A stretch of DNA of 64,000 bases, from assembly GCA_903908245.1 (NCBI GenBank), contig CAIVRE010000020.1, forward strand, positions 2,758 through 66,757, in the 5' to 3' direction. The notes beneath the pieces were generated by a model. It made no database searches. It was not told the origin of the DNA and was given only the letters and a program-made list of their open reading frames with translations. A program made the translations under genes and the position numbers. Origin of the DNA: Candidatus Omnitrophota bacterium. Its GTDB lineage: Bacteria > Omnitrophota > Gorgyraeia > Zapsychrales > Fredricksoniimonadaceae. Positions 41,346 through 51,460 of the stretch are shown piece by piece (within the stretch, counting starts at the first letter, position 1; each line of letters starts with the position of its first letter).

Positions 41346-42797
41346 TCAGCCCACACTTCCTTCCAGCTTCATTTCCAGTAATTTTACCGCTTCAACCGCA
41401 AATTCCAACGGTAAAGTCTTAAAGACCTCCTTGCAAAAACCGTTGATCACAAGAGATATCGCTTCTTCCTTCTCCAACCCGCGCGACTGAAGGTAAAAGA
41501 TCTGGTCCGCGCTGATCCGGGACGTCGTCGCTTCATGTTCGGTAGTAGCGGAATTGTTCTCAACCTCGATATACGGGAATGTGTTGGCCGAACAATTATT
41601 ACCGATCAGCATGGAATCGCACTGCGAGAAATTCCTGGCATTGTCCGCAGAAGGCAATATTTTGACCAATCCACGATAACTGTTATGTGCGTAGTCGGAC
41701 GATATGCCCTTGGATATGATCGTACTTGTCGTATTCTTCCCGATGTGGATCATCTTGGTGCCGGTATCTGCAAGCATCCTGTTGTTTGTGAGTGCCACAG
41801 AATAAAACTCACCGACAGAATTATCCCCCTGCAAAATACAGCTGGGATATTTCCAGGTAATGGCACTGCCCGCTTCAACCTGCGTCCAGGAGATCCTGGA
41901 GTTGCGACCCGCACATTTGCCGCGCTTGGTAACAAAGTTGTAGATCCCGCCGCGGCCTTCCTTGTCACCGGCATACCAGTTCTGCACCGTTGAGTATTTG
42001 ATCTCGGCATCATCAAGGGCTATAAGCTCGACCACGGCGGCATGAAGCTGGTTCTCATCACGGACAGGCGCCGTACAACCTTCCAGATAACTCACGTAAG
42101 CCCCTTTATCCGCCACAATAAGCGTTCGTTCAAACTGCCCGGTCTCTTTGGCATTGATCCGGAAATACGTTGAAAGCTCAACAGGACAGCGCACTCCCGG
42201 CGGGATATAACAGAACGAACCATCCGTGAACACCGCGGAATTAAGTGACGCAAAGAAATTGTCCTGATACGGGACAACAGTGCCGATATACTTAGCAACC
42301 AGGTCAGGATGTTTCTGCAGGGCTTCCGAGATCGGACAAAAGATAATGCCCATTTTCTCAAGCTCCGCCTGATGGGTCGTCCCGACCGAAACACTGTCGA
42401 AGACCGCGTCGACCGCCACACCCGTCAGTCGCTTTTGCTCACTAAGCGGAATACCCAGTTTTTCGAAGGTCTTGACCACTTCCGCATCGACCTCGGCCAG
42501 GCTCGCCGGCCCATCCCCCTTCTTTCTGGGCGCGGAATAATAACGGATATCCTGATAGTCGATCGGACGATACTCAAAATTCGGCCAATGCGGCTCTTTC
42601 ATGCCCTGCCAATGGCGAAAAGCTTTCAAACGCCACTCGAGCATGAACGGCGGTTCGCCTTTTTTCAATGAGATAAGGCGGACCACATCCTCGTTAAGCC
42701 CCTTGGGAATGGTATCGGAGTCAACCTCGGACGAAAACCCGTATTTATAATCGCCGGTCAACTTGTTATCACTGGGATATTCACTCGCGTCTTTCAT
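41346..42797 (-). CDS. sufB: Fe-S assembly protein SufB
   Basis: [34 protein letters not shown]. Confidence 0.97.
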   Translation of the reverse strand: MKDASEYPSDNKLTGDYKYGFSSEVDSDTIPKGLNEDVVRLISLKKGEPPFMLEWRLKAFRHWQGMKEPHWPNFEYRPIDYQDIRYYSAPRKKGDGPASLAEVDAEVVKTFEKLGIPLSEQKRLTGVAVDAVFDSVSVGTTHQAELEKMGIIFCPISEALQKHPDLVAKYIGTVVPYQDNFFASLNSAVFTDGSFCYIPPGVRCPVELSTYFRINAKETGQFERTLIVADKGAYVSYLEGCTAPVRDENQLHAAVVELIALDDAEIKYSTVQNWYAGDKEGRGGIYNFVTKRGKCAGRNSRISWTQVEAGSAITWKYPSCILQGDNSVGEFYSVALTNNRMLADTGTKMIHIGKNTTSTIISKGISSDYAHNSYRGLVKILPSADNARNFSQCDSMLIGNNCSANTFPYIEVENNSATTEHEATTSRISADQIFYLQSRGLEKEEAISLVINGFCKEVFKTLPLEFAVEAVKLLEMKLEGSVG

Positions 42798-43195
42798 CCA
42801 ACCATCTCACTGACATTGATCTCTTTGAACATCTTGACCAACCTGGCGTTAAGCCGGGCCATCCCCTCTTTTAACACACAGGCATCAAGCCTGTCGCATT
42901 GGGAATCATCAGACGTACAATCACTGACAGATATGGACCCGACAACCATACGGCTGAGTTCATAAACCGAAACTTTACCAAGATCCCCTGTCAGGCGATA
43001 TCCTCCGTACGCGCCTTGAACAGCCATAAGGATCCCATTCTGGGCCATGACCTGCAGGACCCTGGACGTAGGATCGAACGGGATATTGAACACAGAACAG
43101 ATCTCTTTAGCCGTCGAAAGTTCCCTGGACGGCTTTTTCTTCATATACTTGAGCGCCGTTAAAGCATATTTGACTTTTTTATGGATCTTGAACAT
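42794..43195 (-). CDS. Rrf2-family Fe-S regulator (IscR/SufR-like)
   Basis: QGAYGGYRL wing motif; three Cys in [14 protein letters not shown]. Confidence 0.85.
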   Translation of the reverse strand: MFKIHKKVKYALTALKYMKKKPSRELSTAKEICSVFNIPFDPTSRVLQVMAQNGILMAVQGAYGGYRLTGDLGKVSVYELSRMVVGSISVSDCTSDDSQCDRLDACVLKEGMARLNARLVKMFKEINVSEMVG

Positions 43196-43199
43196 GACC

Positions 43200-43748
43200 T
43201 TATCCCATTTCAACGACGATTTCAGGGTCATACTGATCCCGTAAAACATTCTGAATGGCATAAAGGGTCCCCATTGCCGCATGTGGACAACAGCCGCAAG
43301 CCCCCTGGTAATTAATGGTAAGCACCTTCCCGTCAAGGCTGACAACCTGAAGATCCCCTCCGTCACGCTGTAACGCCGGGCGGATATTCACATCCAGGAT
43401 CTGCTCGATCCTTCCCAATTCCCCGCCGGGGCCAAAAGCCGGTTTCAAGGCGACTGCTGTATCAAAATCGGGGTCATGCGCTGCAATATTCGCCGCGATC
43501 ACATCCTTCACCTTTAATTCAAGCACATCCCAGTCTGCCTTTCCATCCTGGGTAACCGTAATAAAATGACTCGCGAAATACACTTCCGTCACATTCGGCA
43601 GCTTTAAAATAGCCGCGGCCAAAATATTCTTGCCCATATCTGCGCCGGACTTGTAAACAGCACTGTCCTTGCTCTTGACAACGGCATTAAGAACGAACTT
43701 GAACGCATTAGGATTTGGCGTTGGCTGGACCGTGATCTTATGGTTCAT
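43200..43748 (-). CDS. NifU/Nfu-family Fe-S carrier
   Basis: TPNPNAFKF N-domain; IRPALQRDGGD, GACGCCPHA; AAGGAG SD. Confidence 0.88.
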   Translation of the reverse strand: MNHKITVQPTPNPNAFKFVLNAVVKSKDSAVYKSGADMGKNILAAAILKLPNVTEVYFASHFITVTQDGKADWDVLELKVKDVIAANIAAHDPDFDTAVALKPAFGPGGELGRIEQILDVNIRPALQRDGGDLQVVSLDGKVLTINYQGACGCCPHAAMGTLYAIQNVLRDQYDPEIVVEMG

Positions 43749-43771
43749 ATTCATCTCCTTGTTCGATGTTG

Positions 43772-43814
43772 ATATAACTAAGTCAATATATAACTTATTT
43801 AGAAAAAAGTCAAC
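43772..43814 (-). promoter_or_regulatory. Promoter of the nfu-rrf2-suf operon with candidate operator
   Basis: TTGACT-N17-TATATT; AGTTATAT direct repeat and imperfect palindrome TAAGT..ACTTA overlap the -10. Confidence 0.5.
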
Positions 43815-43823
43815 AAATGAAAT

Positions 43824-43866
43824 CCGGGGCGCCTTGAATTGTCCTGGGACATTCAATACACCCCGG
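43824..43866 (-). terminator. Hairpin/terminator downstream of the MORN-variant gene
   Basis: CCGGGG..TTGAAT.GTCC/GGAC.ATTCAA..CCCCGG stem followed by a T-rich tract on the minus strand. Confidence 0.5.
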
Positions 43867-43886
43867 CTTTGGAAGATCTTTCCTGG

Positions 43887-44285
43887 TTATTTTACTGGGA
43901 CCAATTCCCCTTTTTCATCGTAGCGCATATGGGCCGTACGGGCGCCATCTTTATACTCGTCACGATAAATGATCGTGCCTTTCTGATCATGGATCTTGAC
44001 AGTGCCATTAAGAAGGCCCTGCGAATATTCCGCCTTCATCTGGATCTTTGCATTAGGATAATACTTCTTCAAAACGCCCTCGAACTTCCCATCCTTGCAA
44101 TGCGCCTTGACATTAAGGCTCCCGCCGGGATAAAACGTCTTCTGATCGAGCTCACCACTTGTCCCCTTACAGAGGTCCTCAACCGCGAGGTCCCCTTTGC
44201 CCGCCTCAAGAGCCGGCAATTCCTGGGCGAAAACGGCAGTACCTGCGAGAACAAAACCCACGAATAAAATACCTATCTTTTTCAT
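43887..44285 (-). CDS. Secreted MORN-variant repeat (YwqK-like) protein
   Basis: Signal peptide; repeats KDGKFEGVLKKYYPNAK / SQGLLNGTVKIHDQKG. Confidence 0.7.
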   Translation of the reverse strand: MKKIGILFVGFVLAGTAVFAQELPALEAGKGDLAVEDLCKGTSGELDQKTFYPGGSLNVKAHCKDGKFEGVLKKYYPNAKIQMKAEYSQGLLNGTVKIHDQKGTIIYRDEYKDGARTAHMRYDEKGELVPVK

Positions 44286-44310
44286 AAAACCTCCGATAAT
44301 GGTTGGTGTA

Positions 44311-45507
44311 TCATTTATTAATATATTCACGCCAGACAAACTGCGCAAACGGAAAAGCACAGGTAAAAGCAGGCGATACGGCATTAAGGACATGGACCGA
44401 ATCCTTATCAGCCTCGATAACAAAATCCTGGACCAGCAACGATGTCGTCTTGTCCAATAACTGGGCACGGATACCAGGACGGGTAAATTCACCGAAACCC
44501 TTCGGGTCCACCGGGACCATCTTCACCGCCAGGCTGATGAAATGATCCTTGTTATACTTTGCCATCTCCTCGAATGCCAGGTCGCGAAAGCCAAACGCAT
44601 TCGTCGCAAAGAGCTTGGCCTCATAACAACCGGCTTCAAGCATTTCTCCCAAATTGAACCCCTCACGCAAAGTGTAGTTCTCGCGCCAGAACGCGGGGAT
44701 CGCCGTAGGCCCGATCTTGATCGTTCCATCGACTGTCTTGGTGTAATGCACCCCCAGGAAAGGATTCTTCAAATTCGGCACCGGATAAATATTCATCCGG
44801 ACATCCGTTTTATTCTTGGCATATTTCAAATACAGGCCCTTGAAAGGGATCATCGTGTACTTTTTGCCGAACCCGAAATCCTGGGCGACCTTGTCCGCAT
44901 AAAGCCCGGCACAGTTGATCACTTTACCCGCTTGAGCGTCCCCTTTGCTGGTCCGCACCACATTGCCGTGATGGCTCAAAAACCTGGCATTGAACCAGAT
45001 CTGCACACCCTGCGCCATAAGGTCTTTCTTTAAGACCGCCAGGACCTCTTTCGGATCCAGACTGGCCGTCTCGGGGGAATAAAGGGCTTTCTTATACGTA
45101 AAAACAGAAGGCTCCATCTCTTTCGCCTGCGCGGAATCGATCAAACGGATATTGGACCCGTTACGTATCCCGCGACGCTCCAACTCATACAACTGTTCAA
45201 GCTCCCTGTCATCCATCGCCACCACCAGCTTGCCGCAATCATTGAAAGCAATGCCTTTCTGACGGCAATAATCTTTCATCATACGGTTGCCATCAACGGT
45301 AAACCGCGCCTTCAGGCTGTTGGCCGTATAATAGAACCCGCCGTGCAGCACCCCGCTATTGCGGCCGGATGAATGCGCGCCAATATCCGCTTCCTTCTCA
45401 AGAATAAGGACAGAGGCTGAAGGCTTTTCTTCTTTGATAGTTTTGGCGATAGAAAGGCCGATGATCCCGGCCCCGATAATGACAAAATCGAATCTATTCT
45501 GTTCCAT
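44311..45507 (-). CDS. lhgO: L-2-hydroxyglutarate oxidase family FAD oxidoreductase
   Basis: IIGAGIIG, SGRNSGVLH, PFLGVH, GIRAQ, NAVSPAFT. Confidence 0.85.
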   Translation of the reverse strand: MEQNRFDFVIIGAGIIGLSIAKTIKEEKPSASVLILEKEADIGAHSSGRNSGVLHGGFYYTANSLKARFTVDGNRMMKDYCRQKGIAFNDCGKLVVAMDDRELEQLYELERRGIRNGSNIRLIDSAQAKEMEPSVFTYKKALYSPETASLDPKEVLAVLKKDLMAQGVQIWFNARFLSHHGNVVRTSKGDAQAGKVINCAGLYADKVAQDFGFGKKYTMIPFKGLYLKYAKNKTDVRMNIYPVPNLKNPFLGVHYTKTVDGTIKIGPTAIPAFWRENYTLREGFNLGEMLEAGCYEAKLFATNAFGFRDLAFEEMAKYNKDHFISLAVKMVPVDPKGFGEFTRPGIRAQLLDKTTSLLVQDFVIEADKDSVHVLNAVSPAFTCAFPFAQFVWREYINK

Positions 45508-45523
45508 CTTTTCCTTTTAATAA

Positions 45524-46108
45524 TTACGCATGACGCAGCACAAAAATGCCGCTGTCCGCAAGCAGATTAGTGCATGCAAAGACTTCCCGACCATTGGCAA
45601 GATACCGCGCCCGCTCAATGGTAATCCCCTTATCCGAGCAAAAATGACGAAAATCCCTCAAACTCAAAAAACGCAAATTCGGCGTGTTATACCATTTGAA
45701 CGGCAAGCGCCTGGTCACAGGCATCTCTCCCAGAAAGAACACCTGAAGACGGGCCTTCCACTGACAGAAATTCGGCACACCGACAATGACCCTTTTACCC
45801 ACCCTGAGAGCCTCATCAAGAGCCTGCTCAATGTTCAAGACCTGCTGAAGGCTTTCATTGAGGATCACAAAATCGAACCGTTTATCGTCGTAAACGCCAA
45901 GGTCGCCGTTAATATTCCCCTGCGCCACCGAAACACCGCGCTCCAGGCACTTGACGACCGCCTTGTTATCGATCTCAATACCCGTCCCGCGGCAGCCTTT
46001 CTTTTCTTTCAGTAACGCCAGAAGGTCGCCGTCACCACAACCGAGGTCAAGGACCTTGGATCCGGGCTCAATAATATCAGCGATAATCGTGTAATCGATC
46101 GGGATCAT
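45524..46108 (-). CDS. metW: Methionine biosynthesis protein MetW
   Basis: VLDLGCGDG, WYNTPNL; adjacent to metX. Confidence 0.92.
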   Translation of the reverse strand: MIPIDYTIIADIIEPGSKVLDLGCGDGDLLALLKEKKGCRGTGIEIDNKAVVKCLERGVSVAQGNINGDLGVYDDKRFDFVILNESLQQVLNIEQALDEALRVGKRVIVGVPNFCQWKARLQVFFLGEMPVTRRLPFKWYNTPNLRFLSLRDFRHFCSDKGITIERARYLANGREVFACTNLLADSGIFVLRHA

Positions 46109-47229
46109 GACACTCGCTCTTTATAAACTTTTGCCAGATAATTTGAAACAGCCTTCGCCTGCTCCTCCATCTCAACCAGGAAGGCATCATGTCCATAATC
46201 GGATGAAAGTTCCACATAGGAGACGTCAACATCATTCGCCTTTAATGCCCTGAGCATGGCCTGCGACTGATAAGACGGATACAGCCAGTCGGATGTAAAG
46301 CTGATGATCAGGATATCCGCAGTCACAACGCTCAAGACCTCGCTTAGTTTACGCCCGTTTTCCGTAAGGTCGAAATAGTCCATGGCTTTCGTAAGATACA
46401 CATAACTGTTCGCGTCGAAACGCTCCACAAAACTCTGCCCGCGATACTCCAGATAACCCTCGACCTCAAACTCCTTGGAAAAATTGTACCCCAGCACATC
46501 TTTCTTTACAAGTTTACGGCCGAATTTCTGCTCCATCGACGATTCACTCATATACGTGATATGCCCGATCATTCGCGCCACGGCAAGCCCGCGCTTGGGC
46601 GTAGTCTTGCCGTAATAATCCCCTCCCTGCCAATCCGGGTCGGCCATGACCGCCTGACGGCCAACCTCATGGAACGCGATCTGCTGGGCTGTATGACGAT
46701 GACACGCGGCAATAATAACCGCCGAATGGATCGCCTGGGGATACATCACCGCCCAGGCAGCAGCCTGCATCCCGCCCATCGACCCGCCAGCCACACTCAA
46801 CAGCGTCTTGATCCCTAAATGATCAATAAGCGATTTCTGCACCGTCACCATATCAGGGATCGTAATAACCGGAAAGGACAGCCCGAACGGCTTGCCGGTC
46901 TTCGGATCAATGGATGCCGGCCCTGTCGTCCCCCGGCAACTTCCAAGGACATTCGAACAAATAATGAAATATTTCTCCGTGTCAAAAGGCCGGCCCGAAC
47001 CGATCATTTCATCCCACCAACCGGGCTTATCATCGCCTTTATGATAGAACGCGGCATGCGCATCACCGGTAAAAGCATGCACGATCAAGATCGCGTTAGA
47101 CTTATCCGCGTTAAGTTTCCCGTAAGTCTCGTAAGCGATGGTAATGGGGCCAAGACGTGCGCCGCTGCGCAAGGCAAGCTCATTAGGGGGATTGGCAACC
47201 GTAATATATTGAGTTTCAACAATGGTCAT
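46105..47229 (-). CDS. metX: Homoserine O-acetyltransferase
   Basis: HAFTGD, GGSMGGMQ, RFDANSY, YGHDAFL. Confidence 0.95.
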   Translation of the reverse strand: MTIVETQYITVANPPNELALRSGARLGPITIAYETYGKLNADKSNAILIVHAFTGDAHAAFYHKGDDKPGWWDEMIGSGRPFDTEKYFIICSNVLGSCRGTTGPASIDPKTGKPFGLSFPVITIPDMVTVQKSLIDHLGIKTLLSVAGGSMGGMQAAAWAVMYPQAIHSAVIIAACHRHTAQQIAFHEVGRQAVMADPDWQGGDYYGKTTPKRGLAVARMIGHITYMSESSMEQKFGRKLVKKDVLGYNFSKEFEVEGYLEYRGQSFVERFDANSYVYLTKAMDYFDLTENGRKLSEVLSVVTADILIISFTSDWLYPSYQSQAMLRALKANDVDVSYVELSSDYGHDAFLVEMEEQAKAVSNYLAKVYKERVS

Positions 47230-47233
47230 TTTC

Positions 47234-48280
47234 TTATTCACACAAAGGCTGAACAACGCCAGTCTTCGCACCCTGCGCATACTGGAACATCGCCTGCAAT
47301 GACTTCAATGCCTTGAGCCGAGCAGGCTCTTCAATCGTCACGATCTGCCCCTGACGCGGAGCCTTTAAAGCCTGGAGGACATCTTCCAATAAATTCGATT
47401 TCATATACTTACACAAGGTGCAACTTCCGACAAGGTCTTTATCGGGAAATTCAGCCTGCAAACGGGAGGAAAGCCCGCACTCCGTCAGCATCAGGAACTG
47501 TTTGGCCGGGCTTTTCCTCATGTAATCAAGCATCTGCTCGGTCCCTCCCACGAAATCGGAATTCGCCACCACCTGCGCGTTACATTCCGGATGGCTCACG
47601 ATCTTGGCGTCAGGATACTCCAGGCGGATCTTGAACACCTGCTCCTCGGTATATTCTTCATGCACATAGCAACTGCCCGACCAGAACCGCACCTGCTTTG
47701 AACTCTTGCGGCGTTTCATTTCATTGACCAGATTCAGGCCCATGAATTTATCAGGCAGGAAATAGATCTTGTCATTGGGAAGCCGCTCAACGATCGCATA
47801 GACATTCGCCGAAGTCACGCACACATCGCATTCGGCTTTAACATCAACACTGGTATTCACGTAGCAGATGAACGCATGATCCGGGAACTGTTGGCGCAAA
47901 CGGCGGACATCCTCCGCTGTAATGGAATCCGCCAGAGTACAGCCGGGATCACGGGCCGGGACAATGACCTGTTTCCCGGGATTAAGGATCTTGGCCGTTT
48001 CCCCCATAAATCGCACGGCAACAAAAACAATGACATCCGCCGAAGTATTAAGAACGTCACAACTAAGCTTATAAGAATCGCCTACAAAATCCGCCACCCC
48101 GTAAACGATCTCGGGAGTAACATACGAATGTGCCAGGATGACAGCGTTCTTTTCCTTCTTGAGACGCAGGATCTCGTTCACAACAGGTACCAGCTCCTCG
48201 CATTTCTTGAGCGAATACTGGCATACCTGCCCGCCGACACGAATATTCTTTAATTTGATATATAATTCCTGGGCTGTCAT
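47234..48280 (-). CDS. nadA: Quinolinate synthase
   Basis: ILAHSY, VGDS, FMGETAKILNP, YVNTS, CYVH, HPEC, CKYMK. Confidence 0.93.
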   Translation of the reverse strand: MTAQELYIKLKNIRVGGQVCQYSLKKCEELVPVVNEILRLKKEKNAVILAHSYVTPEIVYGVADFVGDSYKLSCDVLNTSADVIVFVAVRFMGETAKILNPGKQVIVPARDPGCTLADSITAEDVRRLRQQFPDHAFICYVNTSVDVKAECDVCVTSANVYAIVERLPNDKIYFLPDKFMGLNLVNEMKRRKSSKQVRFWSGSCYVHEEYTEEQVFKIRLEYPDAKIVSHPECNAQVVANSDFVGGTEQMLDYMRKSPAKQFLMLTECGLSSRLQAEFPDKDLVGSCTLCKYMKSNLLEDVLQALKAPRQGQIVTIEEPARLKALKSLQAMFQYAQGAKTGVVQPLCE

Positions 48281-48289
48281 GATCGGGAT

Positions 48290-48318
48290 ACTATATATGA
48301 TTTTATTATTGAATTCAA
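48290..48318 (-). promoter_or_regulatory. Sigma70 promoter of nadA
   Basis: TTGAAT-N17-TATAGT ending 9 nt before the nadA ATG. Confidence 0.6.
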
Positions 48319-49673
48319 GGATGAAGCTCGCCCTTTAGCTGATGCGGAGTGGCACGGACAATGCGGGCATGAACGATCTGTCCGGGCGTAAATTCGCCGT
48401 TCGACAAGGTAACGATCTTGTTGGCATCATTACGCCCATAGGCGGCGCCGCTTTTTACCTTACCCGCCTGCTCCATCATGATCGCCTGAACCTGGCCAAC
48501 AAGCAATTGATTCTTCTTTAACGAAATATCCGTTTGCATCACGTTTAACCGTACAATACGCCCGGTCTTCTTGTCCTCCGGGACATCATCTTTAAGGTCC
48601 CGTGCAGCTTTAGTGTTGGGACGTACCGAATATTTAAACATGAACGCGGAATCAAACTCAACCTCGCGCATCACCCTGACCGTATCTTCAAACTCCGCAT
48701 CTGTCTCGGTAGGAAACCCGACAATAACATCCGTACTCAGAGTGATCGACGGGCAAGACTGACGGATCTTGCAGACCAGAGCAATAAATTCTTTCCCTGT
48801 ATATCCACGGCCCATCAACTCCAGGACCCGGTCATTGCCTGCCTGAAGCGGTAAATGGATCTGCTTGCAGATCTTGGGATCCTCCGCCATCACCCGGATA
48901 AGATCATCAGGAAAATCCTTGGGGTGAGGCGACGTGAAACGGATCCGCTTTATACCGTCAACCCTGGCAACAGCCTCAAGAAGCCGGGCAAAATTCTTGC
49001 CCTCATGATGATAGGAATTTACATTCTGCCCGAGTAAAGTGACCTGTTTGAACCCTTCTCCCGCAAGACGTTCAACCTCCGCAATAATATTCTCAACGGA
49101 ACGGCTGCGCTCCCGGCCTCTTGTAAAAGGAACAATACAAAAAGAACAGAAATTATTACACCCGCGCATGACCGCAACCCAGGCGTTAACTCCGTCGGTA
49201 CGGGTAGGATAAATATCCGCATAAGTCTCGAACTCGGAAAGGGTCACATCATAGCCCTGCTGATGCTCCTGCTCCAAAGCGCGCAAAATATGAGGCAACC
49301 GTTTGTAACTGTCCGGGCCTACCACAAAATCCAAAGCCAATTTCTTGTCTTCCAAAAGCTCTTTGCGTAACCCGGTAGCCATGCACCCGAGAATACCGAT
49401 CAAGACCGCCTTGCCCTGCCTGCGATGACGGATCTCGTGAATATTGCCGTAAACCTTGCGATGCGCATTCTCGCGCACGGAACAAGTGTTGAGCATCACA
49501 ATATCAGCCGCAAGTTCATCAGGCGTAAACTCATAGCCGGCATCGATCAGGATCGACTTGACCAGCTCGGAGTCGTATTCATTCATTTGACATCCGTACG
49601 TAACCAAAAGCACACTGAGTTTTCGCTTTCCGTTTCCGTCGGTGTTTTCTCTATTTCTCTCATTTGCATCCAT
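48315..49673 (-). CDS. miaB: tRNA-2-methylthio-N6-dimethylallyladenosine synthase (N-terminus probably element-derived)
   Basis: TYGCQMN, NTCSVRE, GCNNFCSFCIVP, GQNVNSY, FTSPHP, VGFPTET, TRAM domain. Confidence 0.93.
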   Translation of the reverse strand: MDANERNRENTDGNGKRKLSVLLVTYGCQMNEYDSELVKSILIDAGYEFTPDELAADIVMLNTCSVRENAHRKVYGNIHEIRHRRQGKAVLIGILGCMATGLRKELLEDKKLALDFVVGPDSYKRLPHILRALEQEHQQGYDVTLSEFETYADIYPTRTDGVNAWVAVMRGCNNFCSFCIVPFTRGRERSRSVENIIAEVERLAGEGFKQVTLLGQNVNSYHHEGKNFARLLEAVARVDGIKRIRFTSPHPKDFPDDLIRVMAEDPKICKQIHLPLQAGNDRVLELMGRGYTGKEFIALVCKIRQSCPSITLSTDVIVGFPTETDAEFEDTVRVMREVEFDSAFMFKYSVRPNTKAARDLKDDVPEDKKTGRIVRLNVMQTDISLKKNQLLVGQVQAIMMEQAGKVKSGAAYGRNDANKIVTLSNGEFTPGQIVHARIVRATPHQLKGELHP

Positions 49674-51256
49674 TTTGTTCCCTCTTCATAGCACATCTTC
49701 CAGGGCTCATTGAGCTCGAACTTCACGATCTCACGGTCCTGTATTTTGATCTCTTTGAATATGATCCTCATGAAAGTTTTCATGAGAAAACTTCTTCCCT
49801 CATCGTCCGCAGGCTCGGCGCGGAGCCTTAAAAGGAAGTCCTGGACGGCCCTCACGATGTTCATCGAATTGCGCCTGTCGATGATCTTGATCTGCACGTC
49901 CCGAATGTCCTGCTTGAGCCTCTTCTCTTCCTGACGTAAAGCATCAGCCTTGTCCTTGTAAAGTTCAAGGTTGATCTTATCCTCGGAGAAAAGCTCGTAT
50001 AAACCCTTCTGCTTGTCGATGTTCTTTTTAAGCAGATCCTCTTTCTCGGTCAACTGGTCCACATAGACCTTCTCAGGCTCGGAAGCGTTCAACTTAATAG
50101 CGTCCGTCAAGCCCTCAAGAACATGAACATTCTTCCGAATAACATCAATAATGTCCCAAGCCTGCTTTTCGATCTCGTCAGCAGTCACGGACTTATTGTT
50201 ACAGTTTATATGCTTTATCCCTACCGAAGAGCAGCGATACCAGGCACGCTTCTTCCCGATCCGGCGGTTTGAGATGACCATGACCCCGCGATAATTCCCT
50301 CCGCACTCATTGCACTTGAGAATGCCGGAAAGATGATAAATGCTGTTCCGAAACTTAACCACGGCATTGGTCCGGTTTCTGCTAAGAAGCACCTGGACCT
50401 CATCATACTCTTTTTGCGTAATGATCGGCTCGTGGGTGTTCTGGACCTCGATGACCTGGGTCGGGGCATTATTCACATACTTATAACCCTTGCCGAAGCC
50501 GTTCTTCGTCTTCTCTTTGGTGTTATAACGACGACGATTCCAGACAAGACTGCCAAGGTAAACCTTGCTCCGCAGTATGGTCGAAAGGAATTTGTTATAA
50601 AACCGGCCGCCCATCCGTGAAGGAACGCCGAGCGCGTAATAATGCGCGCATATCTGAGGCGTACTCTTACCGCTTAAATACATTGCGAAGATATCTTTGA
50701 CGATCTTTGCCTCTTCAGCGTGGACTTCGAGTTTCTTGGTCTCTTTATTGTAGCGGTAGCCATAAGGCGCATACCGCGCACCCTGCCAACGGCCTTTCTT
50801 GACACCCACGACCATGCCCGGGAACACACGCTCAACAAGCCGGTTGCGCTCGAACTCCGCGCAACTGCCGAGCATCTGGATCGCCATCTTGCCCGCGCTT
50901 GAGGTCGTGTCAAATGGCTCCGTGGCTGACTTATAGCCCACGCCAAGGTTTTCAAACTCTTCAAGCATCCCCAAAAGGTCCTTGAGGCGACGGCTCAAAC
51001 GATCCTGCTTATACACAAGGATCAGATCAAATTGCTTATTTCGCGCGTCCAGAAAAAGCCTCTGCAAGGCCGGCCTGTCCATGTTGCCGCCGGAAAAGCC
51101 GTCATCCATGTAAACATCCCTGTTAGGGATACTGCAAAAGACCTCCCAGCCGAAATTCTTCGCGTACTGCAAAAGAAAGTTCCGTTGAACCTCCAGGGAA
51201 TAACCCTCCCTGGCCTGGTCCTCCGTACTGACCCTTGTATATAACGCGACTCTCAT
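49583..51256 (-). CDS. Large serine recombinase (integrase)
   Basis: YTRVSTEDQ catalytic Ser, RPALQRL, DRLSR, PYGY recombinase domain, Zn ribbon CNECG..YRC, coiled coil. Confidence 0.95.
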   Translation of the reverse strand: MRVALYTRVSTEDQAREGYSLEVQRNFLLQYAKNFGWEVFCSIPNRDVYMDDGFSGGNMDRPALQRLFLDARNKQFDLILVYKQDRLSRRLKDLLGMLEEFENLGVGYKSATEPFDTTSSAGKMAIQMLGSCAEFERNRLVERVFPGMVVGVKKGRWQGARYAPYGYRYNKETKKLEVHAEEAKIVKDIFAMYLSGKSTPQICAHYYALGVPSRMGGRFYNKFLSTILRSKVYLGSLVWNRRRYNTKEKTKNGFGKGYKYVNNAPTQVIEVQNTHEPIITQKEYDEVQVLLSRNRTNAVVKFRNSIYHLSGILKCNECGGNYRGVMVISNRRIGKKRAWYRCSSVGIKHINCNNKSVTADEIEKQAWDIIDVIRKNVHVLEGLTDAIKLNASEPEKVYVDQLTEKEDLLKKNIDKQKGLYELFSEDKINLELYKDKADALRQEEKRLKQDIRDVQIKIIDRRNSMNIVRAVQDFLLRLRAEPADDEGRSFLMKTFMRIIFKEIKIQDREIVKFELNEPWKMCYEEGTKWMQMREIEKTPTETESENSVCFWLRTDVK

Positions 51257-51258
51257 CT

Positions 51259-51435
51259 TTATCCTTTAAGCGTACTGCGCCACGCCTTGATCTTCCTGAT
51301 ACATTCGGGTGTGAAGACCGGCCAATCGCGATAATCGCGCTTTGGCTTGATCCATCCCCGGCGCACCCAGTGGATCATTGTCTGCCGGTGAACGCCCAGC
51401 AACTTTGCTGTTTCAGTCATGGTGTAAGTTTTCAT
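51259..51435 (-). CDS. MerR-like HTH / excisionase (RDF) candidate
   Basis: YTMTETAKLLGVHRQTMIHWVRRGWI; 58 aa, directly upstream of the LSR; GAGGGG SD. Confidence 0.8.
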   Translation of the reverse strand: MKTYTMTETAKLLGVHRQTMIHWVRRGWIKPKRDYRDWPVFTPECIRKIKAWRSTLKG

Positions 51436-51460
51436 GGAAGCCCCTCGTTTAACAGCCTCC

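Noticed and set aside
43196-43366. Long N-terminus of the Rrf2 ORF
   Set aside because: It overlaps the nfu gene; the Rrf2 domain starts at 43195
43887-44285. YwqK antitoxin of a toxin-antitoxin pair
   Set aside because: No adjacent toxin gene; signal peptide plus generic MORN-variant repeats only
10549-47316. Many long antisense ORFs (e.g. 10683-11543, 14610-15452, 21180-21989, 22656-23477, 33903-34781)
   Set aside because: They lie opposite well-supported genes and have no motifs; typical antisense shadows
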